Source: the human T2T-CHM13v2.0 reference genome, Homo sapiens. Taken from it: a stretch of 64,000 bases of DNA. Under the pieces are notes generated by a model, which was given only the letters and a program-made list of their open reading frames with translations, did not search any database and had not been told where the DNA came from. This document shows positions 15,632-33,325 of this stretch, one piece after another (the first letter of the stretch is position 1; each line of letters begins with the position of its first letter). Position numbers and translations under genes: made by a program. Location of the stretch: assembly GCF_009914755.1 (NCBI RefSeq), contig NC_060929.1; one strand, 5' to 3'.

Positions 15632-18600
15632 GTAAGATCCAGCCCCCGGCGGATGGGCCCTGCGCATCTCCACGACGTTATTTGGCGTTTTTGCAACAGA
15701 TCTGCCAGCGCTCTTCGCTCCCTCGCTCTCTCTTGCTCGCTCGCTCCCTCTCTCTCCTGCTGGCTGCCTGTTCTAGGAAGCCAGCGCGGAGAGGGGGGGG
15801 ATGCACAGCACAGGGGAGAGAGATTGCGCATGTTGGTCAGTCGTGTTTTAAAGAGTACAGTGCGGGGAGGCTGAGAGGGGCGCATGCAACAACAACTTTT
15901 GGAAGGGTGAGCTTGGCGACCTTCTTTATTAATGACTGCGGCAAAGCGCCCCCGGGCCGGCGAGGGGGCGCGGGCGGGCGGGGGCGCGCCAGGGCTGCAA
16001 CTTCCCCGCGGGCTCCGGCCGGGCGTAGGGGCTGCGGCGGGAGATGGGTACGGTGGGGAGGTCGAGCGGCCCGGGCGGGGGCTCCGAGAACCTGGAGCTA
16101 TCTGCCCTCCTGTCTCCCCGAGTTTCATTTTGTTGATACGCAGCACGTCCGGGCGCCGAACCGGGCTGAGCCGGTGCACATGACCTCGCGCTGGGCTCAC
16201 GTGCAGCCGGTCCGGTCCCAGACACCTTCCGGGGGCCACCGCCTCCGCCCTGTCGCCCCCTCTCCCGGCCCGGTGCACGCGGGCGCTGCACGCGGGGGCA
16301 GCATGCTCGGCTCCTGGGGTTGGAGGCTCTGCACAAATTAGACAGTTTTTTTGGAGGGGCGGGGGACACCCTTTCCAGGTGAGTGTGGAGGGTGCGGAGC
16401 CTCGGCGCCAGGGGTGAGGACTGGGGTCGGGGGCAGCCTCCACCTCCGGGGCCGCGCGGTAGTCCAGCTGGGGAGAGGCGCTGGGAGAGTGGAAATGTAC
16501 CGGCGGCGGCCGGAGCGGCGGGTGCGCGCCCGCGGGGCGACGGCAGGGGGCGTGGCCCTTGTTTACCTTCTCCCAACTCTGCCGGTTCGCGTCCCGCTTC
16601 AGGGACGGATCCGCAGTCCCCAGCCCTCTGCCTAGGGCCCTGCACCATGGGTGGTACCAGGAAGATGCCGGCTTGTGGCGGACCCCGTTTGGGACGCACA
16701 CACCTGACTCTCAAATGAGTGACATTGCAGCCCCCGCCCCCACCTAGCGCTGCTGCAGTCCCTTTGCCGGATCCCCGGCCCCGCCCCGCCCCCGGCAGTG
16801 GCATCTTCCCGGCCTCACCTCCTTCCTCCCTCTCCCTCCCTTCTTCCCACCCACTCGCCTGCGCCTGCGGAGCGGCGCCCGCCCGCCTCCTCCCCGCCTG
16901 GGTGCAGACTTGTGGCTCCCCATGGTTTCTTCCCGCCCATCCCTGGGTCCTGAGACATCCTCTCCTCTCGGCCAAGGGACGAGAGGGGTCAACTTGGCGA
17001 TTCGCAGCTGTTCTGCCAGAGGATGGGGTTGCCTGCGAGACAGCCAGGAAGGCTTCACTCTAGCTTCCAGAGGCCCAGCCCTGTCCCCTACTACACACAG
17101 CTACCACCCCACCCGCCCCTGGGGCTCGGCTGCCCTTCCCGGTGTCTCTTAAACCCCTCCCCCGACCTGGGTGTTAAGCCCACCCACCTCCCGGCGCCGC
17201 CCCCGGTCGAACAGCCTCTTGCCCTTCCTTCGCCTGGGCCGGAGCCCCCCGCAGCCTCCTCCGGCTCCTCCTCCCGGCTCCGGCGGTCGGAATCACGCCG
17301 GCGCGCCTCCAGCCTGCGGTCCCGCGGACTGCCTCCAGGGGCGGGCTGGAGGCGCGCGCAACTCCCCTCCCAATCCCCTCAGCCACTGCCGCTGGCCTGG
17401 GCACTTTTTTACCAGCTTGGCTGCTGGCCTCTTGCTGGAGGCTGGGGGAGGTGAAGGGTCACTGGGTGTCTTTGCCGTATGCCGAAGGCACACTGCGGCC
17501 GGCGATTCTGGTCTCTGCAGATTTCCAAACCTCGCCGCTGCGTCTAGCACCCCTGGGTCATCTTCTGCAGGATCCCGAGGCACAAAGTTGTATCCCGGGT
17601 CAGAGTTTGTAGGGGGTCATCGAGAGGTGTCATGTTTCCATTCAGAGCGGTTCCAAAGCGTCTAGGAAGGGGCTGAGTGGGACCTGCTGCCTTGCCTTTG
17701 TTGGAAGGAGGACCCCTGAGCTCTGATCCCAGACAGGCTGTCAGGACGCCCCCTTAGCATTTATGTTTGCAAACTGATTCCTGGACCTGGGAGGTGGTAG
17801 GGCCGCCTGGCCCCTCCTCTCGGAGTGGCATTAACTCCCTCCCTTCACTGGTAAAATTCCCAGTAGGACATTTGGCAAAAGGGCTCGGCATGGAGCTGCC
17901 AACCGGGCCTGGCTTTGTTTCCTGGGTTCCCAGGGCTTCTCCCCTACCCTGACTTTCTTTCTCACCTTAGGGCCCCAGATGAACGCACCGTCCGTCTTGT
18001 CCCATCTTCCTTAGACGGGCTGGGACTCGCAGAGCCATCTAACAAGCAGAGGAGGAAAATAACAACAGAATAACTATAAGGGGGAAGGAATGAGTAATAA
18101 AGCTGACCCAGGCAGGGAGGAGGGCTTTCATGTTTAAGAGATGCTATTTGCTTTTTGGGTCACAGGCTGCAAAAACAGGCTTTGATCCGAAGTGGGCGAA
18201 TAATTTATTGAGCAAGTTTGCATGGTAGAGGAAGGGATGTTTGTTTGATCTGGAGCCCTCTAGGTTGCCCCAAGTGCTGTTGGCTGTTGTTTTGAGTGGA
18301 AAAGCATTTGGTTCTGCAGCAAATGCCTCACAGAGGGAAGTCCTCGCCCCAGGCAGCAGGACTTGCAGTGAATATTGGTTTTGAAATTGTTTGGCCAAGG
18401 GTCCCCCCATCACTTTTGGAGATGAAGTGTTTAAGGATAGAGTTGTTTGGGCTCAGGATGCAGCAAATGTTTCCAGAATGTTTTCCCGTCCAAAATGCTT
18501 TTCCTTTCCCTAAATTGCCTGGCTAAAGGGCCAGTAACAGTGGTCCAAGAGGTTGTCAGAAATCTCCACTTAGCTTTCATGGACTGGTGAGGTGGGACTG

Positions 18601-21059
18601 CCAGTCCCCAGGTCCTAGATGCACCACGGAGTATTGACACTGTATAGGCCCTGGACACTGACCCCCACATCCTTGAGGTTGGGAGGCAGGGTGTTCTGGC
18701 TCTAACCTAGTGTTCCTCTTAACAGGAAGGCAGTTGTCTTATGCTCATGACACAGGTAAGAGGCTTCTAGTCCAAATTCTTCATGGCACATGCAGCAGGC
18801 TTTTTGGGACCTCACAGTTCTCCCTTTAGGTTCTCTGATGGGGAGAACAGGTCAGAGTTGGGGAGCAGGATACCCCTGGCTTGCCCTGTCCTCCAGATAG
18901 GACCCTTACCATGTGGCTCAAAAGCTTACAATTGTAGGTCTGCTCAAAGCTCCTTTCAGACAGCCCATAGGAATCTAGAATACCCATACCCTGGAACTTG
19001 TAGGCCTGTACACTTCAGCCCACTGGAGATGGGGTACACCTTCTGGAGTCAGACAGCCTAGGTTTGAATCCTGGCTGTGCAGTTACCAACTGTCATAATG
19101 GCTCTATACCTCAGTTCCTTCTGTTACAAGGAGCACTTTCTGCAAATGGGATTAATAACAGTACCTATCTCATAGTGGATGTATAGAATAAGTGATTACC
19201 TAAAAAAGACTAAGCCCAAAGCAGGCATGTGATAAGCACGTGATTAGTATTAGTCATCCTTATTATACCTGGGGAGGGTCCCCGATGCAGCTTGGACCTT
19301 TGATCTCTCACCTTTAGGCTAGGCCAGAGAGCCAGCTCGCTTCTCTGCAGAAGGGATCAGAAGGATCCTGCAGGTGCCAATAGGCAGCCGATATGGGAGC
19401 GAGTAGACGGAGCTCTGCCCTCTCTGGGGCAAAGAGTAGGGTGAGAAGGTTCTGAAGAACAAAGTAGACAGAGCCTTTTCATTCTCCCACCATCCCCTTG
19501 GTACGTCCCCAGAACTGGTCTGGAGGGTGGGTGTGGCAGCGTCTTCAAGGGGAGCTGAGTCCCCTCTGGGACACTTGAAGTTGCAGACAGGCAATGGCTG
19601 GTGTTGCAGGAGGGTTCAGGCTCCTCTAGACTTGGAGAAGCAGGTCCAGGAAGCCGACTGGAGGATCCCAGGCAGCAGCCCTCTACTCTGTATACAAAAT
19701 CATTTTTGTAACTGCAATTACTGTCCCTGAGAAGGCATTAAAGTTAATGAGAGATAGGAAAGAGTGGGGCTGTGACCCCGGTTTAAAGCGGTTTAAGAGT
19801 GTGCAGCTCTTGTTTTCTGAATGTCTGGCCTTCCCAACACAAGGAGGCTCTGAGGACAGGTTTTCCAGCCGAAATATCATTAAATTGTATTAGCATCTTA
19901 TTACACACACGCCTTAGCGGTCTGCCTCAGACAGGGAGAGTTTTTGTTTCTCTTTGAAAGATTGTGTCTGGAATGGTAAATTGCCTGCTTGAAAGCCCTT
20001 TTTTCCCCTTTTTTTAAAGAAGAGGACGAAATCCTGCTGTGTGGTGGCAGGCAGGCCAGGCCTAGTGGCCCCTGGAGAGGAGAGGCTGGAGGCCAGGTTG
20101 GGGTGTTTTAACTGCCCAGGGAGTGGCTGCAGTGGCAGGCCTGAAAGGCCCACTGTTCCCAGGGTCAGCTGGAAGGGCGTTAATGGAGGCCCAGGGTGTT
20201 TATTTGAGTTTATTTGCAGAGAGGTCTTTAAAGGGGGCTGGCATTGGGCATTGGTGTTTTAAGTCCAGACCTGAGGCCCTCACTAAGGCCAACCACTAGT
20301 GCTGCCAAGAAAACATCTGCCACCAAATTGCTGCCCTATTACTGAGTTGACATTGATCATTAGCCAGGAGCCCAACCAAATAAAGCCTCCTGGAAAATGT
20401 GTGAGGTTAAGACGGGGAAGGCAGGCTGTGAAAACAAGGGCGAAATCTTGGGCCAGGGTGTTTGTTCCTGCAAGCCACAGGCAGGCCAGCTGGACTGTGT
20501 GGTCCCGACACTTCTTGGGGGAGGGAGCGAGAGCACACTCAGCACTCCCTAGTATGTCACTGGGGTTCTGGCTGGAGTCTAAATGGAATGCTCCTTACTC
20601 TTCATGGAATATACATTCCCAAGGAGAACGACATGCAACAAGTAGCTCAACAAGCACAGCTGGGATGGGTATTCCGTGGACACTGGGTGGTGAATTTCTT
20701 CAGATAGTGTGATGAGCATAGACTGACATGGGCCACACTGAAGCTTAAACCTGAAGGTTGAAAAGTCAGACATGCATAGACCACATAGAAGAATATTCCA
20801 AACAGAGTGGAGTACAGCGTGTGCACAGGGCTCGAAGTATGGAATATTTGGCTTGTTCAAAGGAATGAAAGGAGCCCAGCATGGCTAGAAGGTGGTGAGG
20901 AAGGGGATAGTGGTCAGTATGAAGCTGTCCAGGTGGCAGGGGCCAGATTGTGTAGGGTCTTGTGGTCAGGAGCTTAGGCTTTGTCTTTTGATCTATGAAG
21001 CCTTTGAAAGATTTTCTTAGGGGCATGATATGATCTGATTTATGCCTTTTAAAATTTTT

Positions 21060-21805
<746 letters not shown>

Positions 21806-23353
21806 GATTTATGCTTTTTAAACATCACTCTGGCAGCTGTGTGGAGCCTGGACATGGGTGAATTGATACTGGAAGCTGGGAGATGAACAAGTGGTTCAGG
21901 CAAGAGATGAGATTGGCTTGGACCAGTGTGGTGATAGTAGGAAGAAAGTGGGTGTGTTCTGGAGGCAAAGCCTAGTGGACTTGGTGGGGCCGAGGATACA
22001 GAGAGGCTGTGGGCTTTTGCTTCATTGAGGGGACTCTACGACACCCACACTTTGAAGGAGAGCTTCCTACCTGTGTCTCCATGCTGGGGGTTGCATGAGA
22101 GGTGCCAATAGACTAGTGCAAATGGCAGGAAAATGAGATCTTTTCTTTCCTAAAGTCTCCTTTATAGGTAGGATTTCGGGAGCACTTTCTGTCCTCGAAA
22201 GCAAGTGCCTTGTGACACTGAAATCTTCTCCCACAGCAGACCTTGCTTTGGGGGAGATGGGGGAAGCCAGTGGAAAGGAAAAACCAGAGGCCAAGATCAC
22301 ATCTAAGCACCTCCACCCCCCAAGTGTGTTTGCAGTCCTGGATTTCAGCTTTGGGAAAGGAGTCCTCCCTGTCCCTCTTGCTGAGGTTGCGAGGAGGGTG
22401 ATCCATGGGGCAAAAAGCTGACATAGTGCGGTCCCAGGCCTCATTAGCCACTGTGACAGTGGGAGCTCGCTGGAGCAAGGAGGCCTTTGGAAGACTTGGT
22501 TTAAAGGAAAGAAGCTGCACTCACAAAACAGTGGCTTCCTTCTCAAGCCTAGTTGTTATAACAATTAAGCCACCACAAAATCTGCTCCCTTAATAATAGC
22601 CTCCCATGGGACAGCCCTGACCCAGAATAATCCCTAGGCACTCTGGGGTGTTTTGTGGAGGACAGGGTTAGATGGGGAATTGGCTTGGTGCGGGGTGTAG
22701 GTCTGCATGCTGTCACCTGTTGGTCTCTGGGCAGTCAAGGAGTCCTTTCGAGGGCACCTTCCTTACTGTATAGGGTCACTGCCTCTTTTTTAGGAGCCCC
22801 TCCTCCAGGACTTTCCGACCTGGTCCAAGGCTGCCATGGTATTACTATCTGGCACCCATATGGATCTCTAGCCACTGTGCTGAGGGCTTTACACTGTTCT
22901 TATTTATTCTCACCAGCTGATTCTGGCCCACAGATGTGTTTAGTTTGGCCCTTTCAAAGTGTTGTAAAAATTCTGACTCAGTTGCCAACATTTTAAATTA
23001 AGGACATTTATGTAAAAAGCCAGTTCCAGTTTATCTCCTCTGGGAGGTATGTCTTTCCCAAGGTCCCTGGTCTATGAGGAGAGGAGCTAGGATTTGAACC
23101 CATCAACAACTTCTGCTTTTAATACTGTGGGAGATGCTGGCTCGGAAGTACCTTCTTTGCAGGAAATGAAGAGAAATGGAATTCGCTTACAGGATTGCAA
23201 AAGAAAATGGGTGGGTGCACTTTTAGCACCTCCCCCCCACTCCACCCACCGATGTCAGGACAAAGCTGGGTTGCGCTGGGCTGGGCTGAGCTGAGGAAGA
23301 CGTAGGCTAGAATCAGGAGTCAGGATTCTGTCAGTCAGCCTTTGTCACACTCT

Positions 23354-23354
<1 letters not shown>

Positions 23355-23384
<30 letters not shown>

Positions 23385-23655
23385 GAGATAAGGTCTTACT
23401 CTGTCGCCAAGGCTGGCGTGCAGTGGCACGATCATGGCTCACTGCAGCCTTGACCTCCCTGACTCAAGCTATCCTCTCACCTCAGCCTCCTGCATAGCTA
23501 GGACCTCAGGCATGTGCCACTACAACTGGCTAATTTTTAAATTTTTTGTAGAGATGAGTCCCCCTACGTTCCCCAGGCTGGTCTCGATCTCTTGGGCTCA
23601 AGAAATCCTCCAGCCCCGGCCTCCCAAAGTGCTGGGATTACAGGTGTCGCACCCT
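23355..23655 (-). mobile_element. AluJ
   Basis: Long poly-T followed by a reverse-complement dimer. Confidence 0.88.
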
Positions 23656-25477
23656 TGACATGCAGACTCTGGAAGGCAGTGAGGGTGGCAGCTGTGGGTT
23701 GCTGAGCTGTTTGTACTCTGCTGCGCAGAGACGGAGAAGTCAGAAGGTCAAGAGCACGGTCTCCTGAATCAAATACAGTCACTGACATCTTGGGCAGGTC
23801 ACTTAACCTCTGAGCTTCAGTTTCCTCCTCTGCAAAAGGGAAGCAGCCATGATATATGCCTATAACAAAGGGCTGCTCTAGGGACTCGTTGAGGTCCCTG
23901 TGGACCCTGTGGAACCCCCTCCCGCTACTGTGAGCGCTTAGCAGTCTTAGCCATCCTTGTTCCTGCGTTTGTGCTGCTTGCACCACCAGTGTCCCTTGGA
24001 ACCTCAGCCTCTGGAGGGCACTTTACCGGCATCTTTGAAGCTGGGCGGCAGGCAGCCTCAATGAGCCTTCCTGCCATCCTGGTCCTGCTGGTGGTGGGCA
24101 CTGGGGTAGAGAGAAGCTCCCGGCTAAGATCAAGTCCAAGGCAGGAGGGCCATCCTGGTCAGCTGAGAGATCTGGGTGTTCACACCCACCTTAGAGAGCA
24201 GATGCTCACTAGTCTCTGCAGGGCTGCAGTAAGATGGTGGCATCCCAGGGCTCAGCAGGAATGGACTGGGGTTGGGGGCAGCTGGAGTTAGGTGCAGATG
24301 GGCTGGGCAGTGGGGCTTTCTCTCTACTGACACAGACTCCCTCCCTATCCTTTGCTGTGGGGAGTCAGTCAGGGAACACAGGGGAGCGTGCTCTGAACCC
24401 TGAGCCCCCAATGTGTTCCCACATTAGGACTCAGCCACAGGCGAGCTGTAAGACCCAGAGCAGGTTAACGCATCACCTGCTGTGCTCCCCTCCAAGGGGA
24501 TGAGAGCAGGCTCTGCCACCTGGGACTCGTGAGGATTATAGGAAACAGTGGTGGGAAAACACTTTCAGCAGCCAGGAGCTGATGGAGGGTAAAAAGGCAG
24601 CTCAGCATGCGCCTGGGGATCAGACCTCATGGATTCAGTCCCATCTCAGCCACTTACTAGCAGGACAAGGTGCTGGCCTCACTTGTAAATGGAGCTCACA
24701 GCTCACCTGGTTAGGAACAGGAGATGATGTGGATAAAGGAAGACTCCGCGTGAGCTCAGTATGAGGCCCCTATGTGAGAGTTGTCCTTAATACCTTGAAG
24801 TTAGATGTTGCAGTTGAGGTAGAGTTTATTTGTACGTTTATCTGGGAAGGATGGTGGGGAGTAGGAGGGCAGGGTAGCCCAGCCCAGGACCAGTCACCCT
24901 GGGCCTGATGTGTCTCAGGGACCCAGCCTGGAGTGTCCCCCGCCTCTCCCCCGCTTCTGTACACTGCTGACCACCACTCGCAGGACTAGGCCCTCAGTGT
25001 TTTCTGTGCTGGCTTGTCCCTAACTTCCGAAAGCATGGTCCTCCTGGAAGAATCAGTCTTGTTTGCTGTCCTCTACCCACCTACCTCCCTAGAGGACTTG
25101 TGGCTCAGGAGGCCTTTGCAGTGGTGGGCCTGAGTGTCCTTGGGTGGCAGCTGGGACTGGGCAGGTCATGGTCACTATTCAGTTTGGGCTTGCTGATGCC
25201 CCCATGTCCTCTCCCTCTACAACAGCTTTGGTTAGACCCTTGCTCAACCAAGGGCTCTGGGCTCAGGAGGTGGGAGATGCAGCCTTTTAGAATCCCAGGG
25301 CCTCTGTGGGTGGGTGGGAGAGGGTGGTGCTGGCAGAGAAGAAGGCTAGGACAGGGCTTTATTCTTATCTTTCTGCAGTGTCATAAGTGTGGGGAGGTTG
25401 GTTATGGGGTGATTTTCTGAGAGGTTGAGGATTTCCCAAGCCATCCGTGAGTATAATGGGCTTGCCTTTTGTTGCAG

Positions 25478-25535
25478 ATGGAAGAGAAGAGGCGAAAATA
25501 CTCCATCAGCAGTGACAACTCTGACACCACTGACA
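25478..25535 (+). CDS. JADE2: JADE2 exon 2 (MEEKRRKYSISSDNSDTTD)
   Basis: Acceptor cttttgttgcag|ATG, donor A|GTAAGG; 58 nt; matches the JADE2 N-terminus. Confidence 0.95.
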
Positions 25536-27608
25536 GTAAGGCCTTCCAGTTTGGGCTCCTACAGGGAAAGCATTTGAACAGTGATCAGGCCCACAGGCCC
25601 AGATGGGAGGAGGCTGCCCTGTGGTCTTAATTTCACTAAGAGGCATGTTGATGAAAGCATAAATCAAGTCAGGTTTCTCCACTCCTGCCCTTCCACTTCT
25701 AAAAAAGTCCCTGCACCTTCCGTGACCTCCAGGGCCTTGTTCTCCCAGCTGTACTCCCCCTTATCCTCTAGGTCCCAGCTCCATTTGTTTTGCTCTGGTT
25801 GGAACAGATCGGCTCCACTCTGGGCTTCTGCATATATTAAGTGAAGGTCCATATAGAAAGTCTGTATACAACAGATACAAAACCAGTCACCTTTTACCAT
25901 AATTACCGGATAAGTACCATTTCCCAATCAGTGGTAAGCTCCTTGATAAGAGGTCTCTTGTCTTGCTTACCACTATATCCCCAGCTACGATCTGGCACAT
26001 AGTAGATGCTCAGTGAATGTCTGCTGAACAAATCAATGAAGATACCCAACCTTCATAGAATCTTGGCAATAGAATCCCAGAGGTAGACTTGTGTATGGAT
26101 TGGCATGTCAATTGGACGTGATGGTTGCGGGGAGGGGTGCGTGGATTGCACTATCAAGCAGCAGAAGAAGTTTAGGGAGCCCCCCTGAAATTTGGAGAAG
26201 AGAAGGGAGGTTTATGCAAAGTGAGGGCTCTGGTACTAGGTCATAAGGCAGCTCTTCTCGGGTGCCCAGAAAGCCAGGCCTGCCTGTGCTTGTTGGAGTA
26301 AGGAGTTCCATCTGCTGTGGGTAGGAGAGTTGTGCTGCCAGGAAGATCTCACCTAGCAATGATTGCCCTGCTGGAGGCCCAGGCTAAGGAAGAGGCTGCC
26401 CTGCCAAGGAGGCCGGGCTTGGAGCTGTGCAACTCTAGACCTGTTTCTTCACACTTATGAGCAAGTAAGATTAGGGGGCTTGCCAAGGCCCCTCCTAGCT
26501 CCCAGAGTTCCACAGCCCCCACAAAAGCCTAAGGGTAGATCCACTAGGATGGCCAAGGAGGTCTCAGCCCCATCCCTACCTCCAAGTCTCATTTGTTGTC
26601 CTTTGGGCTCTGTTTGCTCAGTTTGGCTCTGGCATCCCACCTGGCCAGCCCTTCTTCCCTACAGCAGGAGATCACAGCATCTGGCCTTTTGTGGCTACAA
26701 CATGCTGCCTGTGGCCTGGCTCAGTGGAACCAAAAACCACATCCTCCATTTCTAACTTTATTGCAGGCAGAGGAGCCCTTTGAGAGAGCCAGGTACCTGC
26801 AAGGCTCCCCACCAGCCCCCTCCACTGTGCCCACCCATGGCTGCTACTCCTATTCAGCCAAAACCATAGTGTTGCCCTATTTCTTGCTGCTCCTTTGATT
26901 CATAAGGGCGGAGGCCACAGCACTGTCATCCAGCAAGGGCCTTAGACCCTAATAATTATAGCTAATGTTTATTGAGGAATCACTCTGTGCCAGGGACTGT
27001 GCTGAGACTTTACAGGCATGATATCACTTATTCCTCACCACAGCCCTTTGAAGATAGTTATTCTTTTGCCCCCATTTTACAGAAGAACAAACTAAGGCTC
27101 AGCAAGATTGAGTCATTTGCCTGGGGTGACAAGCTAGTAAGTGGCTGGGTCAGGGCTCTGCTGATGACCTGGATCTGCTTCAGAGCATCTCTCTTCCCAT
27201 TGCCCTGCTCTGCCTCTGAATACCCACTGGCATCATCCCAGAGTATTTGGACAGTACCTAACCTGGGGCAGGGTGGAGTGTGGGCATGAAAGGCTTATTC
27301 CAGCTGTCTTTGAGCAGAGTCCCACAGAGGGCCAAGGACTTGTCTGGGGTCACACATTAAACTAATACTGAGCCCCAGTAACAGCCTTTGATTTCTCCAG
27401 CCTTCTGGTTGGCGAGTAGAGGAGGCTTCATGTCCCCATTCATCAGTGGGGAGACTGAGGCCCAGAGCAGGGATACTAGGTCTCACAGAGGTTTCTCCCT
27501 CCTGAACATTCTAGCCGGGGCTTTGCTTAGAAGCTTCCTATTCTTGGGCATGAGTGGGTGGTGCTCCTGGCCCTCCAGGACCCCTAATGGACTGTTCTCT
27601 CTCTGCAG

Positions 27609-27703
27609 GTCATGCGACATCTACATCCGCATCAAGATGCTCCAAACTGCCCAGCAGCACCAAGTCGGGCTGGCCCCGACAGAACGAAAAGAAGCCCTCC
27701 GAG
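27609..27703 (+). CDS. JADE2: JADE2 exon 3 (SHATSTSASRCSKLPSSTKSGWPRQNEKKPSE)
   Basis: ctctctgcag| ... GAG|GTGGGT; 95 nt; cumulative 153 nt (phase 0). Confidence 0.95.
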
Positions 27704-28401
27704 GTGGGTAGTGATGAGCTTCCCAGAGATCTGTGGGGAGTGAGAGTGAGCTGCCCTGCGGAGACTGGGGCAGAGCATTCCTGGCAGAGGGCACGGGCAG
27801 TGCAGAGGGAGGCCAGCGTGGCCGAGTGGAATGAAGGGGAGTAGGGGCCAGTTTCCCTCAGCCTTCCAGGTTGTTGTGAAGATGTTCCTATTGAACTGAG
27901 CAAGGGGAGAAGCCTTTCAAGGATCTCAGACAGGGTAATGACACAGCCTGATGTTTTAGTGAAAGTTCCCCCTGGCCGCTGTGAGAGAAGGGAGAGTTGC
28001 AGTCATCCAGCAGGGAAATAGTGGTGGCTTAGAGCTGGGTGGTAGCAGTGGAATGAGAAGCAGCAGGGTTTGTGACATTTTGGAGGCCGAGCCAAGAGTG
28101 ATAAGGATTTGCTGGTGCAGGGATAAGGGGTGGAGTCCTCAGAGCCATCCAATTAGTCATAGGTTCCTTATACCCATTTCACAGGCATCTGCATTTGAAG
28201 CCTTCCTTACTTTGACCTGGGATGTTTCTTACAGCAGGTAGAGGTTTATGGCCTCTGGAACTGAGAAGCGCACTGGGGGTGGGTAGACTCCTGGACACCT
28301 GGACCCTCCTTCTGGGGTCCCTGAAAACTCCCACCCTAGGGCCTTATTGCTCCTTCTTGTAGGTCTTCAGTGCTAATGCCACAAGGTATTCATTGCACTG
28401 A

Positions 28402-29134
<733 letters not shown>

Positions 29135-29716
29135 TAGGACACTGTACTACAGCCAAGAAGTAGCCAGGCACTGGGGCTGGACACTCCTTTTTAATCATTA
29201 AAACTAGCCCAGAATTTCTCAGTCCTGTTGAAAATAAGGAAAGTGAGGATCGCAAGGTCATTTAGCCAAGACCTTAAATCCTTGGGGCTCACAATGCCAA
29301 GGGCAGAAAGGCCCAGAGTTTGGTGGCGGGGCCCTCGTCATGGGTTGGAGAGGATGTCTTTGCTCCATGCTGGCCCCTCCTCTATGCTACCTCACCACAG
29401 ATGCAGTCCTGGCTCCACTGTCTTTAGCCAGCCCTTGGAGGGGGGCTTCTGCAGAGGCTTGCATCTGAAAAAGGACTCCGCCTTGCCTCCTCCAGGAGCT
29501 GCCCTCCTCTAGGACTCTCCCCTGGGGAGGTGGGGCTGGGATTCTTTGAGACCTGATGCCCCATCCCCCAAGCCTGACTTCCATGGCCCCATGGTGGGTA
29601 GGGTATAGACAGTGTTTTCTCTGGGAATGCTGTTAAGAGAGGGGAATGCAGTGCTGGAGGTGAGGTGGAGGTGGGGGTGGGACAGTGTTGAAGCTCTCAC
29701 TGCCCTCCTGGGGTAG

Positions 29717-30152
<436 letters not shown>

Positions 30153-32055
30153 CTCACCCCAGTCTTGAGAACTACAGGGACTCCCCAGTTGCTGTGGTTG
30201 AAGTAGTAAAACAGTAGCTACCTTTATGTGCCTTCCTGGTCCTGGAAGGCAAGAATTGTCGTGCCCATTTCAGACATGAAGAACCTGTCTTTCGAGAATC
30301 CCACCTATCTCCTGTTTGTTGTAGCTGTTCAAGTTGAAGTGGGATGGGGAGTTTTGGGGAGTTCCTAGGGTTGGCTTATCTCCTTGACTCCAGGGGGAAC
30401 TTAAGCCAGTCTCCTGCCCTTGCTCTGCTTCCTCCAATCTCCAGTGGGAGGATGGGCCACCTCCCAGGCGCAAGGCTGCCATCTGCACCAAGGATCAGGC
30501 CTGCCTGGGAGGAAACAGGTGTCAGCGGAGGCTGAGAAGAAAGAGCAATTTGCATGGGGCAGAAAATTCCCCTGCCTCTTGGGTTTTCCAGCCCAGAGCC
30601 TTTGTACCTTTCCACACCTAAAAATAGTCAAACCCATTGTACAAGTATCGATGCCCAACCCTGCTGGGGACTAGCTCCACGTGGCCCTGGGTCCAAGCCC
30701 AGGAGCCTCCGCAGGCTCTGAGGTCTGCCTGGGAGACACCTCCCCACCTCAAGTCCTGGGCTCTAGAAGGGCCAATGAAGTCCTCCCCGCCCAGAACCCT
30801 TGAACTGTTGCCCAGCACAAGCTTTTCCTCCCACAGTAGGCTGGAGAGCAGCCTGAGAGGTTTTCCTAGTCCTCTAAGTGACAAGGTTGAGCCGTGGCCG
30901 GCATAAATTCCAACTTATCTTGGGGCAGAGAGGAAACCATCAATGAACGCTTCCAAGTTATTTGGCTCATGAGAGGGCAGAGATGAAAGCGAGGATTTGG
31001 CGGCAGAGAATGTTTGCACTAAATCTCACGGACTGCTCTCTTCTCTTTCTGTGAATGGCTTGGGCGGGGCCTTTATGGTCTGCTGAGCCTGGGCCTTGGA
31101 TACCCTGGTGAAAGGGGTTCTGGGAGCCCCATCTACTCAATCCCCTGGAGTATGAAGCCTATGGGGTGGCTGTCAGGCTGGTCATGTGGTTTGCTTAGTG
31201 TGGCAGGAGTCCCCAGTGGGAACACTTACGGAGTGATGTGTGTGCTGTGGAAAGCCCCTCCTTGGTGGCTGCAGAGCCATGGAACTCGTGGTTCACTTGT
31301 CTCCTCATCTCTAAATGTGGGCAATGATGGGGTGGGGGACACAGTGAATCCAACAGCTATGAAAGGGCTGGGGTTGGGTTTGGGTGGGATAGGCAGGGAT
31401 GCCCTTTGATGACCTCTCAGGGGCTGCCCTTTCCCAGTGCACCCTAAGGGCGCAAGCCAAGGGGCACTCTACAGCAAGTGAGGTGCCTCAGGGCTGAAGA
31501 AAGCACTTGACCAGGAGTCAGGACCCTGGACAGGGCTAAGGCCTGGAGGCCCAGCTTCCCATCTGGCCCTTGCCCAATGGCTGGCCCTTCCCTCAGCCAG
31601 AGTGAAAGGGGAGTGAGTGCGGGCCTCCGAGCTGAGAGCTGAAGGCATGGGCCCTGGGATTCTTGGGAGGCTGGGCTAGGATTTTTGGTGGAAGTGCGCA
31701 AAGCCTGAAGTCTGCCCTGGGAGCTCCTTAAGGCAGTAGAAGGAAAAGGTGGAGCTGCCCCTGAGAACTCAGCCTGCTGTCTTCTGCTGCCTATGGCATC
31801 CCAACAGAGCTATCTATCTTTTGGCCCTGAAGTCCTGAGCCTGGCCTAGGGAGCTAGTATAATAATTTACACAATGAGTTTCTGGCCTTGCCTGGCTCAC
31901 TAAATGGTGTAGCCATTGTTAGTGCTTAACCCTTTGTGGAACACATCTCTGAGAATCTAATGGAATTTACAGAGCAGAGATTATTGTTTTAATACCACCC
32001 CACCCCAGGTATTCTGACTTACATGGTCTGGAGTAGCACCCTAGGTACCTATACC

Positions 32056-33325
<1,270 letters not shown>

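Larger units (their letters stand above)
13700..17650 (+). promoter_or_regulatory. JADE2: CpG island / JADE2 promoter region with several candidate first exons
   Basis: Very high GC and CpG density, GGGCGG boxes, G-run clusters, YY1-like AATATGGCGCC (~14747), and several GTRAG donors (13881, 15363, 15632, 15907, 16379) upstream of the first coding exon. Boundaries approximate. Confidence 0.9.

Noticed and set aside
15382-16975. Long antisense ORFs (439 aa, 348 aa) and other ORFs across the CpG island
   Set aside because: Pro/Arg/Gly/Ala-rich, open in several frames on both strands, no domain; expected from stop-codon scarcity in GC-rich DNA.
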